Assembly: GCF_018977255.1 (NCBI RefSeq)
Contig: NW_024704742.1
Span: 10,666,001-10,730,000 of the forward strand
Length of the DNA stretch: 64,000 nucleotides
Direction: 5' to 3'
Origin: Callorhinchus milii
Lineage: Eukaryota
The position numbers and the translations under genes were made by a program. This document shows, piece after piece, positions 36,130 through 49,420 of this stretch (within the stretch, counting starts at the first letter, position 1; each line of letters starts with the position of its first letter). The notes below the pieces were generated by a model. It made no database searches. It was given only the letters and a program-made list of their open reading frames with translations, and was not told where the DNA came from.

Positions 36130-37097
36130 TCACAATCAGGGTTTCGGACCCGAGCTGAGGTTTGGGATCGGGGAGGTGGAGGGCAAGGGGGTAAGGAGGG
36201 TTACCGAAGGAACGGTTAAAGTGGAGGGTCTTGAGACGGGTCTTGAAGGAGGCAAGGGAGGAGCAAGGCAGAGGGACTGTGGGATGGAGTTCTAGAGGGT
36301 GGGGCAGAGTGGCTGAAAGCCTGCCTACCAATGGTGGGATGGGCGATGTGGGGGCCGCGAAGCAGGCTGGAGCTTGCTGAGAGGAAGGAGTGGGCAGGTT
36401 GGTAGGGGGTTAGAGGTCACTGAGTTAGGGGGTAGTTAGGCCTGGAGGGCTTTGAAATTAGGACCAAGATCTTGAACTGTATCGTCTATGTGATGGGAAG
36501 CCAGTGGAGTCGGGCAAGGATAGGGGTGATGGGGTCGCAGAGCTTGGTGCGGGAGAGGACACGGGCTGCAGAGTTTTGCAACCTATGGAGCGATGAGTTG
36601 GCCGACAAACAGGGAGTTTGCGTAATTGAGCCTGGATGTTGTGAATGCGTGTATGAATGTCTCGGTGGCTTGTGGTATGAGACAGTGGAGGAGCTGGGCG
36701 ATGTTGAGGAGGTGAGGGTAGGAAGAGCAGGTCATGGCATGGATGTGAAGTAAAAAGGATAGGTGAGGTCAAACAAGACGCCAAGATTCCGGACTGGCTC
36801 ATTGAGGTGGAGTTTGCATCCATGGATGGTGATGCTGTCAGTGCCTGAGGTGTGGAGGCGCTGATGGGAGCCAATCAGATGAGCCTCGGTCTTGTTGATG
36901 TTCAGCTGTAGAAAGTTAGTTCTTATTCTGTCAGGACAGCAGTGGTCCTGGAGTCGAGGGTGGAGGCATAGAGATAGAGTTGGGTGTCATCCACATACAT
37001 GTGGAAATTGACCCCATGTTTGTGGATGATGTCGCCAAGAGGGAGTACATAGATATTAAAGTGGAGGGGACGAAGGACAGAGCTTTGAGGAACGCCG
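36130..37097 (-). mobile_element. L2 fragment including RT motifs
   Basis: Antisense [15 protein letters not shown] and [10 protein letters not shown], with frameshifts. Confidence 0.9.
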
Positions 37098-37257
37098 CAC
37101 AATCCATGACTGTTTGTGGGACACTGCTGTGCGCAATTGGCTGCTGCGTTTCACCCACAAAATATACAGTAATTCACTTCGCAGTATATTCTGCGAAGCG
37201 CTTTTAAACATCTCGAAGACGTGATAAGGTGCTATATACACAAAGATTATTATTATT
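37098..37257 (+). mobile_element. SINE A 3' half
   Basis: caatccatgactgtttgtggg through to the tail. Confidence 0.85.
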
Positions 37258-37589
37258 AATATGTTCACATTTAAAACTAAGCTCTGCAATGAGAAAACAT
37301 GAAAAATTGAAACAAGGAAAGTGCTCTCGGCACATCTAGCTCACCTCTGCCAGTTCACTGCAACAAAGTCTCCTGAGAGAACCCACAAACTAGATCCCCC
37401 TGTAATAATGCAAGACATCTCCAGTATTGTGGTCTGACAATATGAGCTGCATATATGCAGCCCTGACCTGCTTGTGTTACTCAGATAAGATTTTTCTTGT
37501 CCTGGCAGGAGTGGGAACCCAAACAAACATTTTGTCATTGAGCACTTATTCATCTGTGTTCTTATAACCTTCAATTTTATCCTTAACAA

Positions 37590-37975
37590 GAAATTTATGT
37601 CTCTCCATGTTAACTCCGTTAATCAGTTTTGCATTAACTACTTTTGATGAGAATCTCTTCGACATGTCATCTATTTTGTGTGCAAAGAGGAAATATTTCT
37701 TCTAATCTTCTGTCTCGCTTCAGGCTGGGCAATTTGTGTTTGTGTTGTTTAGCTTTGCAATTATGGTTTACGTTAAACAGTCTGCTTACATCTACATTAT
37801 CCATGCTTCTTAGCACTTCAAAGATCTGCGTCATACCCTTTCTCAATTCTCTTTACTTCAGCAAAAATAACATTAATTCAATAAACCTCTCCATTAAACT
37901 TAAATATTTACCTTCGGAATTGTATTTGATGCTTTCCTCTGGGTCTATCTCCAGTGTTTCAATACGTACATTGGG
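37590..37975 (-). mobile_element. Old CR1 3' fragment
   Basis: Antisense IETLE...LSLMER..EL.LF.L..RELRK.MTQIFEVL..MDNVD..RLF resembles the CR1 C-terminus. Confidence 0.55.
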
Positions 37976-38779
37976 ACTAGTATGCCCAGAACGGCACGTA
38001 GTTGAGTTAGATTTGCAATCCCATTTTATGTGTGTTTTGTGGGCGAATGCGGCAGCCAATTTGCACAAACAACCATGGAGTGAATGACCAATTTTATTTG
38101 GGGGTTTGTCAGGTCAGCACTCCAGGAGAGAGAAACTCCCTTCTCTTTTTGAATAGTGCCATGGGATCTTGGAAATCCACTTGAACAGGCACAATGTTGT
38201 TGAGCGTCCAGCTCATGAATCCTCCAACTGCTCCAACTGTTGGGAATCAGGATACGACCGTTTTGAGGTTTTTGTTCCACAAAAAGCCAACCAGTGTTAC
38301 ACTAACTGTCAGTTGAGGGCCACGATCCAATAGTCAGAAACTCCAATCCCATGGGCTTCACTACAAAGAGTGTGTGTATGGTGGGGGTGGGCACCTCTAG
38401 CCCACTCGCGGTGACAAATGTCGCATGATCAGCACATTTCTGCACGGAAATGTCAGTATGTTGAATGTGGTCCCAACAGCCATATTGGGACATCCTCCTG
38501 ACATGAAAGGCGCTATACAAATGTAATCTGTTGTTTGTTTGTTTTGATATATACTTAAAATAGTTTGAAATTTCATTCTGTTAGGATACATTGCAGTATT
38601 TGATCAACCTTGAAACAACAAACTCCTATTTAATGTATAGATAGATAGATAATTGTACCCAAATCCTCTTTCTTTTCCATCTTCACCAATGGACACCTGT
38701 TCATTGGTTCAAACTATTTTTATACATCAGTGTATGTTGTCTTGCTTTTATTCATATCAAAATCCATTTTTTGGAAAAA

Positions 38780-39290
38780 TATAAATAATTTGGTCATTCA
38801 ATCCACGACTGTTTATGGGACACTATGCAATTGGCTGCCGCATTTTGGCCACAAAATATAGTCAATTCACTTTACAATATATTCTGTGAAGTACTTTGAG
38901 ACGTCTCGAAGACATGAGAAGGTGCTGCATCAAATTAATTATTATTATTATTATGTTATATTATTATTATTATTATTATCATTATTTGCTATTCCTTATT
39001 GTGTTCCTTACTTATTGATGTCAACCCTGGCACAGTTGGTATCACTCCAGCTTCTGAATTAGAAAGTTGTGGGTTCAATGATGCCCCACGTTGGGACTTT
39101 GAATTCATACAGTCAAAGCAAAAACTCCAGTGCAGTGCTTGGGCTGTGCTCTGTTCCTGGAGGTGCTAGAATTTGGATGAGATGTTAAAGTAAGGTCCTG
39201 TCGTCCTCTTCACGTAAATGTTAAAGATCTCAAAGCACTGTTCTCCTGGTGACAAACCTAGCCTCCAGATAAAACCGGTCACTCACTTTC
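38780..39290 (+). mobile_element. SINE A 3' half (38780-38985) and Deu-SINE B (39025-39290)
   Basis: Family A body with an expanded (ATT)n tail; B head tggcacagttggtatc and taaagatctcaaagcact. Confidence 0.75.
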
Positions 39291-40259
39291 TGGTGAATAA
39301 CACAGTAACTCAATGACATAATGGACCTGTTCAAATACAATATCAGGAATACTTTTATTTTATAATATTAACTCCAATCCAAAATAAAACCCTATTCAAA
39401 GTAAAAATAAAACTTTTTAAATTATACGAACTTATTTTTAGAATATTTGCAGACTTCTATCAATACCTTTTTGTTCCACTACATAATATATATTTAACAA
39501 GCACATTACAAATAGGTGTTATTGCTCCTTGCTGAATCCAAGTAATAGTTTCTTTCAATGTGGACTGAAGTAGTGAAACACCACCTAAAGTACTCGAAGA
39601 GTTGAGCCTCTGTGATTAACTCAGTTCCTTCATAACTTCAACAACTTTAGCTTTCAATCTCATTCCCTTTCTCTCAAAAGTAATTTGAGCCAGAAAAAGT
39701 AAAAAATAAATAGTCTATTCTGTTCACTTAAGCACAACTGCTGTGCAGATAGATTGGCTGGAAGAGAAACAGCTTCTCCAATAGTCTGATCTCAAAGAGT
39801 GAAGTTGTAATGGTGCCCTGTTTCAAACAGAACTTACTGAGAATTTCTACTATTGCATATTAGCTTTCAAGATGGAGTGAGATAGGTATCTAAAAGGGAA
39901 TCATTTTCCTACTGTATGGGGAAAAGGCAGGTAAATGGGACTGAATTGATTTCTCTTTCAAAGAGCCAGCTTAGTTACAATCAGTGAATGGCCTCCTTCT
40001 GTGCTATAAATTTATATGGTTCTGCAGTTTTATTGCAAAGCATATACTATATTTTTATTTTCCTAGCAAACTGATCAGAATGCTTTGTGTGTTAAATGTC
40101 TCAAAACACTTCAAAAACTTTCTGTGAAGTGCAGGGACTTGTAGGGATTTGAAGGCATGTTTTCAAGCAGAGTGGTCAAACTAAATATTGGTATCAATCT
40201 TTAGTTCACTGTTCACAGTGCACAGCACAGTGAAGCAGGGTCTCATTCAAACTGAACTG

Positions 40260-40960
40260 GCTCCAAGATGATATGCCTGACAATTAAATGTTGGAATCAA
40301 GCCAGCCCTCTGTGGCAGTTTCAATAGTCCGGTTCCTGAGCTAGGTGGATCCGCAGTGTTCCAGGGCACTGCTGAAGACAGCACAGCCACCCTGGATCAT
40401 AGGCAGGACCTGGTAGGACAGACCAGTCACTGGGGCCAGAGAGTCATTCCACTCCTGCTAACTCCTGCTTACCCTGCAAACCAAAGCCTTAATGGGTAGG
40501 GTGGTCCAAGCTGGACAAGAAGCAGGAAAGCTTGCTGAACAGCATAATCAATGGCAAGCTATGCGGTTTAGCTGGTTAGGCAGTACCATAACATACACTC
40601 TGGGGTTCCCAAGCCTTGGATCTTGCCAAACTGCGCCTAATACCTTCCAAAATTAGGTAAACAGGATGCATCCCTCAAGGGATATTCCATTGCAACAATC
40701 TATCTGGATCTTCTACGTGTAGATGGGATGCATGGAAATCTCAGTTTGGTTTGGATACTCTTAAGTACGATGATGGATTTCTGCATGTTAACTCCTGCTA
40801 ACCCTGCTAGCCAAAGCCCTAATGGGTAGGGTGGTCCTAGCTGGACAAGAAGCAAGGAAAGCTTGCTGAACAGCATAATGTGTAGATGGGATGCATGGAA
40901 ATCTCAGTTTGGTTTGGATACTCTTAAGTACGATGATGGGTTTCCAAAGTACGATGATGG
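40260..40960. repeat. Family U, best-preserved copy, with internal duplication
   Basis: Aligns across ~500 bp with the reverse complement of 28950-29720; ~40786-40945 repeats two earlier internal segments. Confidence 0.85.
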
Positions 40961-41299
40961 CTGACCAAAACAAAGGTGGAAGGTGAAATAGTACAATTGC
41001 AATGCAAAAGAGAAATCAAAAGCATAGGAATTTGCAGGACTGAAAAAGACAATTGGTGTCCATCTGGCTGGTCCTAAAACAGAAATCCTTCACTGCTCTT
41101 ATTTCTCAAACCACTGAATTGATTTTTTCACTAAATATTGCAGTTGTTCAATTCCTTTTAAAATTTGTTGACTTTTGGCTTCTCCACTTCCCTGGGTATA
41201 TATTTGACACTTCCACCCAAAGCTTGGTGTAGTCCTGATAAGAGATTGCTATAAATTTACAAATATAGGTTGAATCATGCACCCCAATAGCAGCAATTC

Positions 41300-41860
41300 A
41301 GCTTGGTTCAGTTCGGGGCGCTCTTGCCTCTGAGTCAGAAGGTTCAGAAGGTTTGGTTTCAAGACCCACTTTGGGACTCTGAACTCATGAAGTCTAGTGG
41401 ATCCCACCTCGCCCACCTCACCATCGGAAGGTGAGCCTTATGCCACTCGCCCCACCCTCTGGAACTGCATCCGCCTTGGGACATCCTCCTGATGTGAAAG
41501 ATGCTATACAAATGTAATTTTGTTGTTTGTTGTAGTGCGAGGGGAAGTGTTGTATTGTCAGATGTGCTGTCCTTTGGATGAAACATTAAATCGAGTCCCC
41601 ATCTGCCTGTTGATGTTGACATTAAAGATCCTATGGCACTCTTCAAATAGAGAATGGAGTTTCTCCCCCTGTCCTGACCAACAATTCCCAAGATAAAATT
41701 GGACTTTCACTTCATGCTGTTTGTGGGACATTGTTGTGCTCAAACTGGCTGCCCCATTCACCTACAAATACACAGTCTATATATATTACAGTACATCCTG
41801 TAAACTGCTTTGAGACATGCTCCTGAAAAGTGGTATATCAAATACAAGGATTATTATAAT
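41300..41860 (+). mobile_element. Deu-SINE B with a nested L2 tail (~41400-41530)
   Basis: Head ctcttgcctctgagtcagaagg; ggatgaaacattaaatcgag...taaagatcctatggcact Deu motif. Confidence 0.8.
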
Positions 41861-42178
41861 TCTTTGTGTAAAGTAATTAAATAAAAACTAATAAATATCC
41901 CATGACAGTATGCTTAAAGAGGAGTTTCTTCTGGTTTCCAGGTAACGATTCGCCAGATAAATTTGTTAATTACGTCATGGCTGAGGGAATTTGTCGGCAC
42001 AAAATGGCTGCCCTGTTTGCCTACAAAAAACAATTACTACACTTGACAGCAATTACTTTTCAGATATTTTGACCCAATAAGGTTCTCGAAAAATGTGTGG
42101 ACTTTCTTTTTCTGTTGTTTTTACCTCTCCTAAATTCAAGTCTTGTTGTAGAATTTTTTGACAATCGTCAACCATATT

Positions 42179-42396
42179 GGGGAATTTTACTCCAAAACGT
42201 GCGTCAGAGTGGAGTCCTGAACAAATAGATATGACACACTTCTGGTTACAGGTAGGAATTCCTATTTGGTAGTTGGGGAGTTGGATCCTTATTCCACAGT
42301 GAATTCCATTGTGAATTCCTGTAATTCAGAAATCATTATTAGAGTTCAATTTGCCAATGTCCATTCAGATATTCAATACTTCATTAAGTTTTCCCC
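42179..42396. repeat. Degenerate ~220 bp palindrome, MITE-like
   Basis: Ends ggggaa/ttcccc; internal inverted pairs tcagagtgga/tccattcaga and ttctggttacagg/cctgtaattcagaa. Confidence 0.55.
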
Positions 42397-44364
42397 TCAG
42401 CCTTTTCTTCTCCACTGCAAAAATACCCACTTTTCATCGTCTTTTCTTGCAAGAAGCCTAATTCTAGGCATCATTTCAGTTGTCCTTCACTGTAATCCTT
42501 TCCAATGGCCAATATACCCTCCTCAGCTCCCCCACCCAGACAGCTCTGTGAAGTGCTTTCAAACATCCATGCAATGTGAAACATGCTATATAAATTTTTG
42601 CTGTCCTTTCTGTAAAACTAGTTATTTCAGAGAAAGAATTCTTTGTCAGATGCAGCTTCAAATGCTGTACTATATTGTAAAATTCTGTTGTTTGTATATT
42701 ATATTTTGAATGACATCTAATGAAATCATACAGTCTAATTGCTCTGTCAAAAAAGACCTTTGGAATGAAGATCTTTTAATCAAAACCATTTCTCTTAAAG
42801 TTTAAATGCTTCATTAATGATCTCTTATACTTTTTGAACAAGGTTTGGTAGACTTGGGTATACAATTCTTGTACAAATATACATCTCCAGTAAATAGCAG
42901 GTTAATTATAAACCAAAGTGAAAGATGTCTTGAATGTTGAGATCATCAAGTTAATGGGTGCATTGGCAGAAACCTAGCCAGTAGGCACTGAAGCTTCATT
43001 TACTATATGCAATAAAATAATCCCAATGGGATCTGTGGGGTCAAATGTCCATTGATGTTAGAAATGTCTCATATAATGTTCCCAATGTGCTCCCATGCGG
43101 TCCATGCTTATCACACCCATAACATTTCTTTTTTCATTTAGAGTACAAAGAGTTTATTTTGACTACCAATTATGAAATTGTGAGCCTATTGCATTGTGGA
43201 CAGAGCAAATTATTTCTGGAATAAAGTTGTTTTTGTCAGACTTTACCTAAACTTGGCAATCTGAGTATTCCCGTTGCAACTGATTATTTTTTGCCGATTC
43301 CTTTCATTACTACTGTGATTGTCAATTATGTAGAATTCTTCCCACTGGACTATACACTTTAGAGTAATGAATTTTCTATGCAAATAAAGCAGCTTGGTCA
43401 ATTAACTGATTAAATGAAGATCAGTATTCAGGGTGTGCCCTGCATGTATTCAAAATTCTTTGGCAATTTGCATAGCTTTGATACATTGCATCAGTATGAC
43501 TATGAATTACGGATTTCAAAGTTCATTACATCAGAAAAGGACTAGAAAACAAAAGAATGTGTGCAATAATTAAAAATCGCCATTTGGTAATCGATGATTT
43601 GTGTGGTTCTATGACAGTCTCCCCACCCCTCCCCGATTGACCTATTGTTATCATAAGGCTGGTACATTTTGTTGAAAATATTGAGCGTTGATCATCATGA
43701 GCAACAGGGATTTATAGATAACTTTTACTGTTCGTGGTCCAATGCCCTCTGCCCTGTGAAAGTCAGGTCACAGGACCATGACCACTATTGCAGATGGAAC
43801 GTTACGCACCCAAGCTTCCAACAGCTGGTGTGCCTGATGCGGAGGCAGCTGCGATATCACTTATCTACATTTTGTACATGCCTCAAGTCATTTTCACAGA
43901 ATAACCAAAAATACCCTGGCACCTGGTTCAGATTTATGTGTGTATAATGCAAAACAGGCTCACTAGCTTATCTGTTTAGCCTTAATTTTTCTCTTTCCCT
44001 TTGCTTGACCATGATTGATGACAGCCAGTGTTCACTGTTTGGCTCAGAGCGAGGGAGGAGACAGGAGTTTTGTTCCTGCAGAGATGTGTTCACTGGTTGA
44101 AGGTGAATAAGAGTGTGATGAGACAGTCACAGTTCTTGACAGTAAAGTGAGACGTGGAGCCACTCTTTGTTTTTCATCAACAAAACTCTTGAAGCGTACT
44201 AGTTGTCAGATTGGAATATTGGATGTTTGGACTGGATCAGAAAATTGTTTTGGTATGCACACAAACCACACATTGCAGCCGGGTCCAGTGTTCATTATCT
44301 TTAATTCCCTAAAAGATGCTGCAGTTTATGGAATAATCATTCTTACTTTTGATCTAACCTTTTA

Positions 44365-44700
44365 GCAGATTGTTAAAACATCTCAGAGCACTTCACAGGA
44401 TTTTACTGTAAAGTATTGTAACCGTCTATTTTTGTAGGCAAATGTGGCAACTGATTGCTCACAGCAACTTCCCACATCAGCTGTGAAGTCAGTGACCAAT
44501 TTTATCGGGGGGATTGTTGGTCAGGACACTGGAAGATACTCCCTCATCTTTTTGAATAGTGTCGTGGGATCCTAAACATCCACCTGACCAGGCATAGACG
44601 GGACTTCAGTTGAACGTCTCATCTGAAGGATAGCACTTTGATAATGCAGTGCTCTTTCAGCACTCCAGTCAAATATTAGCGAAGACTGTGAGTTCAAAAT
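44365..44700 (-). mobile_element. Deu-SINE B
   Basis: Reverse Deu motif tagtgtcgtgggatcctaaacatccacctga...aacgtctcatctgaag. Confidence 0.75.
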
Positions 44701-45201
44701 TCTAAGCCAGGCTGTCCTTCGGATGTATTTAAAATATCATATAGATTGAACCACAAAAACAATTATTCCACTTCACATTTTATCCCGTAAAGCACTTTGA
44801 GATGTTTTCCTGACATGAAAGGCTCCTGATTGAAAGGCTCTGTACAAAATGTAAAGATTATTACAACAAAATTATACATTATTACATTCGCCAAGTGTCT
44901 CCTCTCTCTCTCTTGCCAAAGAACTCTGTCTATTAAGACCACATGAAGCATTCTGGAGGAGGCCTAAGCAATTTAAAAGCATCACATTACAAGAGAGGTT
45001 TGGTTGAAGTTGGCTATTTGGCCAATTTAATAATAATAATCCTTGTGTTTGATATAGCACATTATATTAACATTTGGTCATGTTATTCCTTCTCTCCATG
45101 CCCACTGCATCCATGTCTGCAGTCTCTCTTCCCAACCATGTCTGCAGTCTGTCTATGATTACAGTGGTGAGACATCACCTTGTTGACGAGTATCAACAAG
45201 A

Positions 45202-45431
45202 TAATAATAATCCCTCCAAAAAAACCAAAAAACAATAATAAAAAAAAAATTGGGTCATTTTCAATCTACGACTGTTTGTGGGACATTGCTGTGAGCAATT
45301 GGCTGCCGCGTTCGCCCACAAATATGCAGTCAATCCACTTTACAGTGTGTTCTGTGAAGCGCTTTGGGACGTCCTCCCGACGTGAAAAGCGCTATATCAA
45401 ATGCAAGGATTATTATTATTATTATTATTAT
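45202..45431 (+). mobile_element. SINE A short subfamily, 5'-truncated, L2-type tail
   Basis: Near-identical to 51228-51430. Confidence 0.9.
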
Positions 45432-46237
45432 CACATTGTTGAGGTGTCTCAAAACCCTCCACGTGGTATACTGTGAAGTGTAGTTCCTGTGTATTTTATG
45501 TGTATTTTGATTCCATCCATCCACAGTGTCATCCCAGCATCTTCCATGTACTGAACTCCAAGACCTCGGCCTGATAATCTTTTCCAGAAGCCGATGTGCC
45601 TTTGTGTAAAATACAACAACTTGCATTTATGTTGTGCCCTTCATGTGGGGTAGCATCCTGGAGTGACGTCCTGACATTTGTCCTAAAATTGCTCCTCTCA
45701 ATCCTGAAAATGTTTTCTCACCCTCCTGCCTTGACCTATCTGAAACAACAACAACAGAATTACATTTGTATAGCACCTTTCACATTGGAAGGATGTCCCA
45801 AAAGAAGTATTTTGAGTTTACTTTTACATTTACTAGAATATATACCCCAAAGGCCTACTCTCTCTGTTTGTTTGAAAGGCTTAAGAACCCAGTTTTCTAA
45901 TTGTTCATCATAACGTATTCCTCTGTTGTGGGTAATCAGTCTGATTGCTCTCCTCTACAATAGCTCTAATAGCCTTGGATAATGCCAGAACCTGAGCATA
46001 ATAAACTAACTGTAAGTATATAGACCTGTGTACAGCTTCATCACAACTTCTGTGGGAATCAAACTCAACTGAAACTCAGCATTTTGCTTGACTTATTTAC
46101 TGTTGCCTCATCTGTGCTGAGCGAAATCATTTTACTTTCGTTAAATTAAGTCGAATGTTTTGGCCTCAACCAGGCTTCATGGAGTATGGTTGCCAGCTAT
46201 TTTACTTCCAATATGCAGTGATTAAGCAAAGTACTGT

Positions 46238-46716
46238 GGAGTCCTGTGGTAGCTCAGTGGTTAGAGCACTCGCCTCGCAAGCGAGAGACCTGGGTTTGAT
46301 TCCCAGCAGGACGAAACGTTGGGCAAGTTTCCGTCCTCCACCTGCCTCTATACACGCTTGTAATAGTCACTTATACATGCAATAATGTTCATCTTATGGG
46401 GATTATACAATATATAATAATAATCATTCCATTTGATATAGCAATTTTCATGTCTTCTCAATGTCTCAAAGCGCTTCACAGAATAGACTGTAAAGTGAAT
46501 TCACTGTATATTTTTTAGCCGAAATGCGGCAGCCAATTGCGCACAGTAGTGTCCCACAAACAGTCATGGATTGAAATGAACAATTTTTTTTTTGTTGATG
46601 GATTATTAGCAGGCGTGTGGAATAAGGAAACTTGCCCAAGGTTTCACCCTGCCGGGAATCGAACCCAGGTCTCTCGCTTGCAAAGCGAGTGCTCTAACCA
46701 CTGAGCTACAGGACTC
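46238..46716. mobile_element. SINE A head (+, 46238-46350) and full short-form SINE A (-, 46415-46716)
   Basis: Both tRNA heads carry A and B boxes; the minus copy has a canonical ggttcgattcc B box. Confidence 0.9.
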
Positions 46717-47159
46717 ATGTATCATGGAGTCCCTGTCTTCAGGTGCATGGATAATATTGTATCATAATTCTAAGTTAATAGAGACTCAAAGAATCTAATT
46801 TATAAGAAAAGAAATGGAGAGAGAATTCAGTGCAGCTTTTTTGAAGTCTGATGATTTGGGTTTAACTTTGACTGTGAGTTCGGAACTAGATGACATGGGT
46901 TTAACTTACCCTGCTGAAGTGAACCGTATGCTTCTCACAGAATCGTGGACCTGCAGTAAAGTTTATTTATTCTTTCAAATCCAAGTAAATAGCTGTTCAG
47001 GAATGGGATGCTAATTTCTTGGAATAAATGTAGAACAAAATGATGAAATACTTATGGGAACACAATGGTGACTGGGCTCCTTGTTCATGGAAATCTCATC
47101 AATGGAAGGCAACCAGTCAGATTTTGAATGAATGAAGTTTCAATTATTTTAAGATATCA

Positions 47160-47577
47160 GCCTGGCTCAGTTGGTAGTGCTCTCGCCTCGGAGTCAGAAG
47201 GTTGTAGGTTCAAGCACCACAATGACTTTGAACTCACACAGTCTGAGCAAACTCCCCAATTCAGTGCTGGAGAATGCTCATTACTGGGGCTGCCATTTTT
47301 CCGATGAGACATTAAATTGAGGTCCTGTTCAGGTGGATGATGAAGATCCCATGGCACTATTTGAAAACGGAGGGGAATTGGTCCTGGCCAACAATCCCCC
47401 ATGATAAAATTGATCATTCACTTCATGGCTGTTTGTGGGACATTACTGTGCACAAACTGGCTGCTGTATTTGCTGGCGAATATACAAGCCCTACACTTCA
47501 CAATAAAAACATGTAAATGCTTTGATTCATCTTGATGATCCAATAAGCCATTATATCAAATGCAAAGGTTATTATTT
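47160..47577 (+). mobile_element. Full-length Deu-domain SINE B
   Basis: tggctcagttggtag A box, ggttcaagc B box, gatgagacattaaa...gatcccatggcact Deu domain, L2-like tail. Confidence 0.88.
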
Positions 47578-49009
47578 TAATTGCTGCCTTAACTCAAAGT
47601 TCAATATACTGTTTGATAAAATAAGGTTTGTGTTCACTCAAGCTTTATAATGGGGACTTTTGTGTTGTAAAGAGGCCACAGCAAAGATCATTATTTTTAG
47701 TGATCACATTGACCTTAAGACCCTGATCCCTTTGTTTTTCAGGGCTGCCAGAATGCAAAGGTTGCTTTAACACTCCTCATATCTGTCAGGAAAGCAATTT
47801 TCTAATCTCCGCCAGAAGATTTCTTGGTCTTTATAAAAACCATTGTTAAACATGGGTCAAGATGGGAAACATGTGCTGGTGTAACCTCCAGCAACCATAT
47901 GCTTTACTGAACGTGTACTGCAGCAATCACAATTTAGTAAAACATATTGTGGCTGACTCCAAGACTGTTTAACATTCCAATTATGGAATGTTAGTTGTAT
48001 TTAGTTGTACTAGTTTCAACATATTTGAAAAGCACAACAAGGGATACTTTCCCTCTGCAGTTCCTTCCTAAACTTGTGATTACAGTGCTAATGAATCGCA
48101 GACGTAGAAATATAGACTATATTTACAAGAATAAATATTCAGACCTAATAAAGCCTAACGCATAAAGATCAAGTTGGAGCAGTTTAGACAGCTACCAACA
48201 AGCAAGAAAGGAAGCCATTAAAAATGAGAATGCAATGTTATTATTCCTGGATGAAGATAATCTTTAAGTAACTTCAATATTACCTTCTGGCGTATGCCAG
48301 AAAATTCTTCACATTCCGAATAGGAAGGTACATTTCTCGAAATGATGCAACCTAATGCTGCAATCAAATAAACGTATTTTTACTTGAGACAATTCATTGC
48401 CTCTGAGATAAACAATCCTTGGCTTTTTTTTGCAATTCTGAAGAATGAGTTTCGGAACCAACCGATGTTGTGTGGAGTCGGTCCTGCAACCGGATAAAGG
48501 TTTCATTAGAAGAGTAAAGGGATCAACAACAACAGCAACATCTTGCATTTATATAGCGGCTCTCACGCAAAGTAGCATCCCAGAGCGTATGAAAGCAGGC
48601 ATCTGAAAATACACAATAAACATCAGCCTGCACAGCTTCCTCACTGACAGCAAGTGCAGAGACTGAATGTCTGAATCTTTATGCATCTGGGAACAAAGTT
48701 TATTGTGACAACATTTCTGGGAGCATAGAAAACTTTTGCAGATTTTATCGATCAATGACTCCACCGCTTTTATTTACTTTTCTTTATATTTAGATCAAAC
48801 ACTCACAGCCTTACATCCTTCTACAGCTGGGGGAGTGCTGCTCTCTGTGATATAAACTTTTTCAAAGATAATATTACTCCACATACTTAGAGTTGGTTAG
48901 TTTCTCTTGCCCACAAAGATGGAACAGATTGTGAGGGGCCTGCTGAGGACTATTATTTCCTTCCTTTCCCATCTGATGAGACAAGCCCTGGTACAGAGCT
49001 TGTATATAG

Positions 49010-49420
49010 CCAGGTTCCACTGGCTCCCAATTACCAAACAGATCGATTTCAAGATCCTCTCACTTGTTTTCAAATGACTTTGAAAACCTCACACCTCCCT
49101 ACCTATCCAACCAGCTTACCACCCACTTCACCACCTGCTACCTCCGCTTGGCTGACTTCAGCCTCCTGTTTGCCCCTCGTGGCCTTCACTCCACCATCAG
49201 TAACTGTGCCTTCAGCCAAATTCTGGAACTCTCCCTCAATCCTTCTCTGCCTTGCCTCCTCCTTCCCGACCTTCAAAACCCACCTAAAGACCTTCCTTTT
49301 TGATTGTAATTATGGTCACCTCTCGCCTCCCTCTCCCCCTAGTTCATTGTTGGAATTTGCCACTGTGAAGAGCTCCAGGACACTACCCTGCACTATAATA
49401 ATGCAAGTTGTTGTTATTGT
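49010..49420 (+). mobile_element. L2 3' fragment
   Basis: HWLP..QIDFKIL...FKTHLKTFLFD; (TTG)n tail. Confidence 0.8.

Noticed and set aside
40224..40250. miR-128-like sequence cacagtgaagcagggtctc
   Set aside because: Several mismatches to the mature miRNA and no matching 5' arm precursor
46238..46312. Genuine tRNA-Ala gene
   Set aside because: Runs directly into the SINE A body and is one of many diverged SINE heads
47970..48302. Small perfect hairpins (taacattcca/tggaatgtta; ttctggc/gccagaa)
   Set aside because: Stems of 7-10 bp are expected by chance in AT-rich DNA of this length
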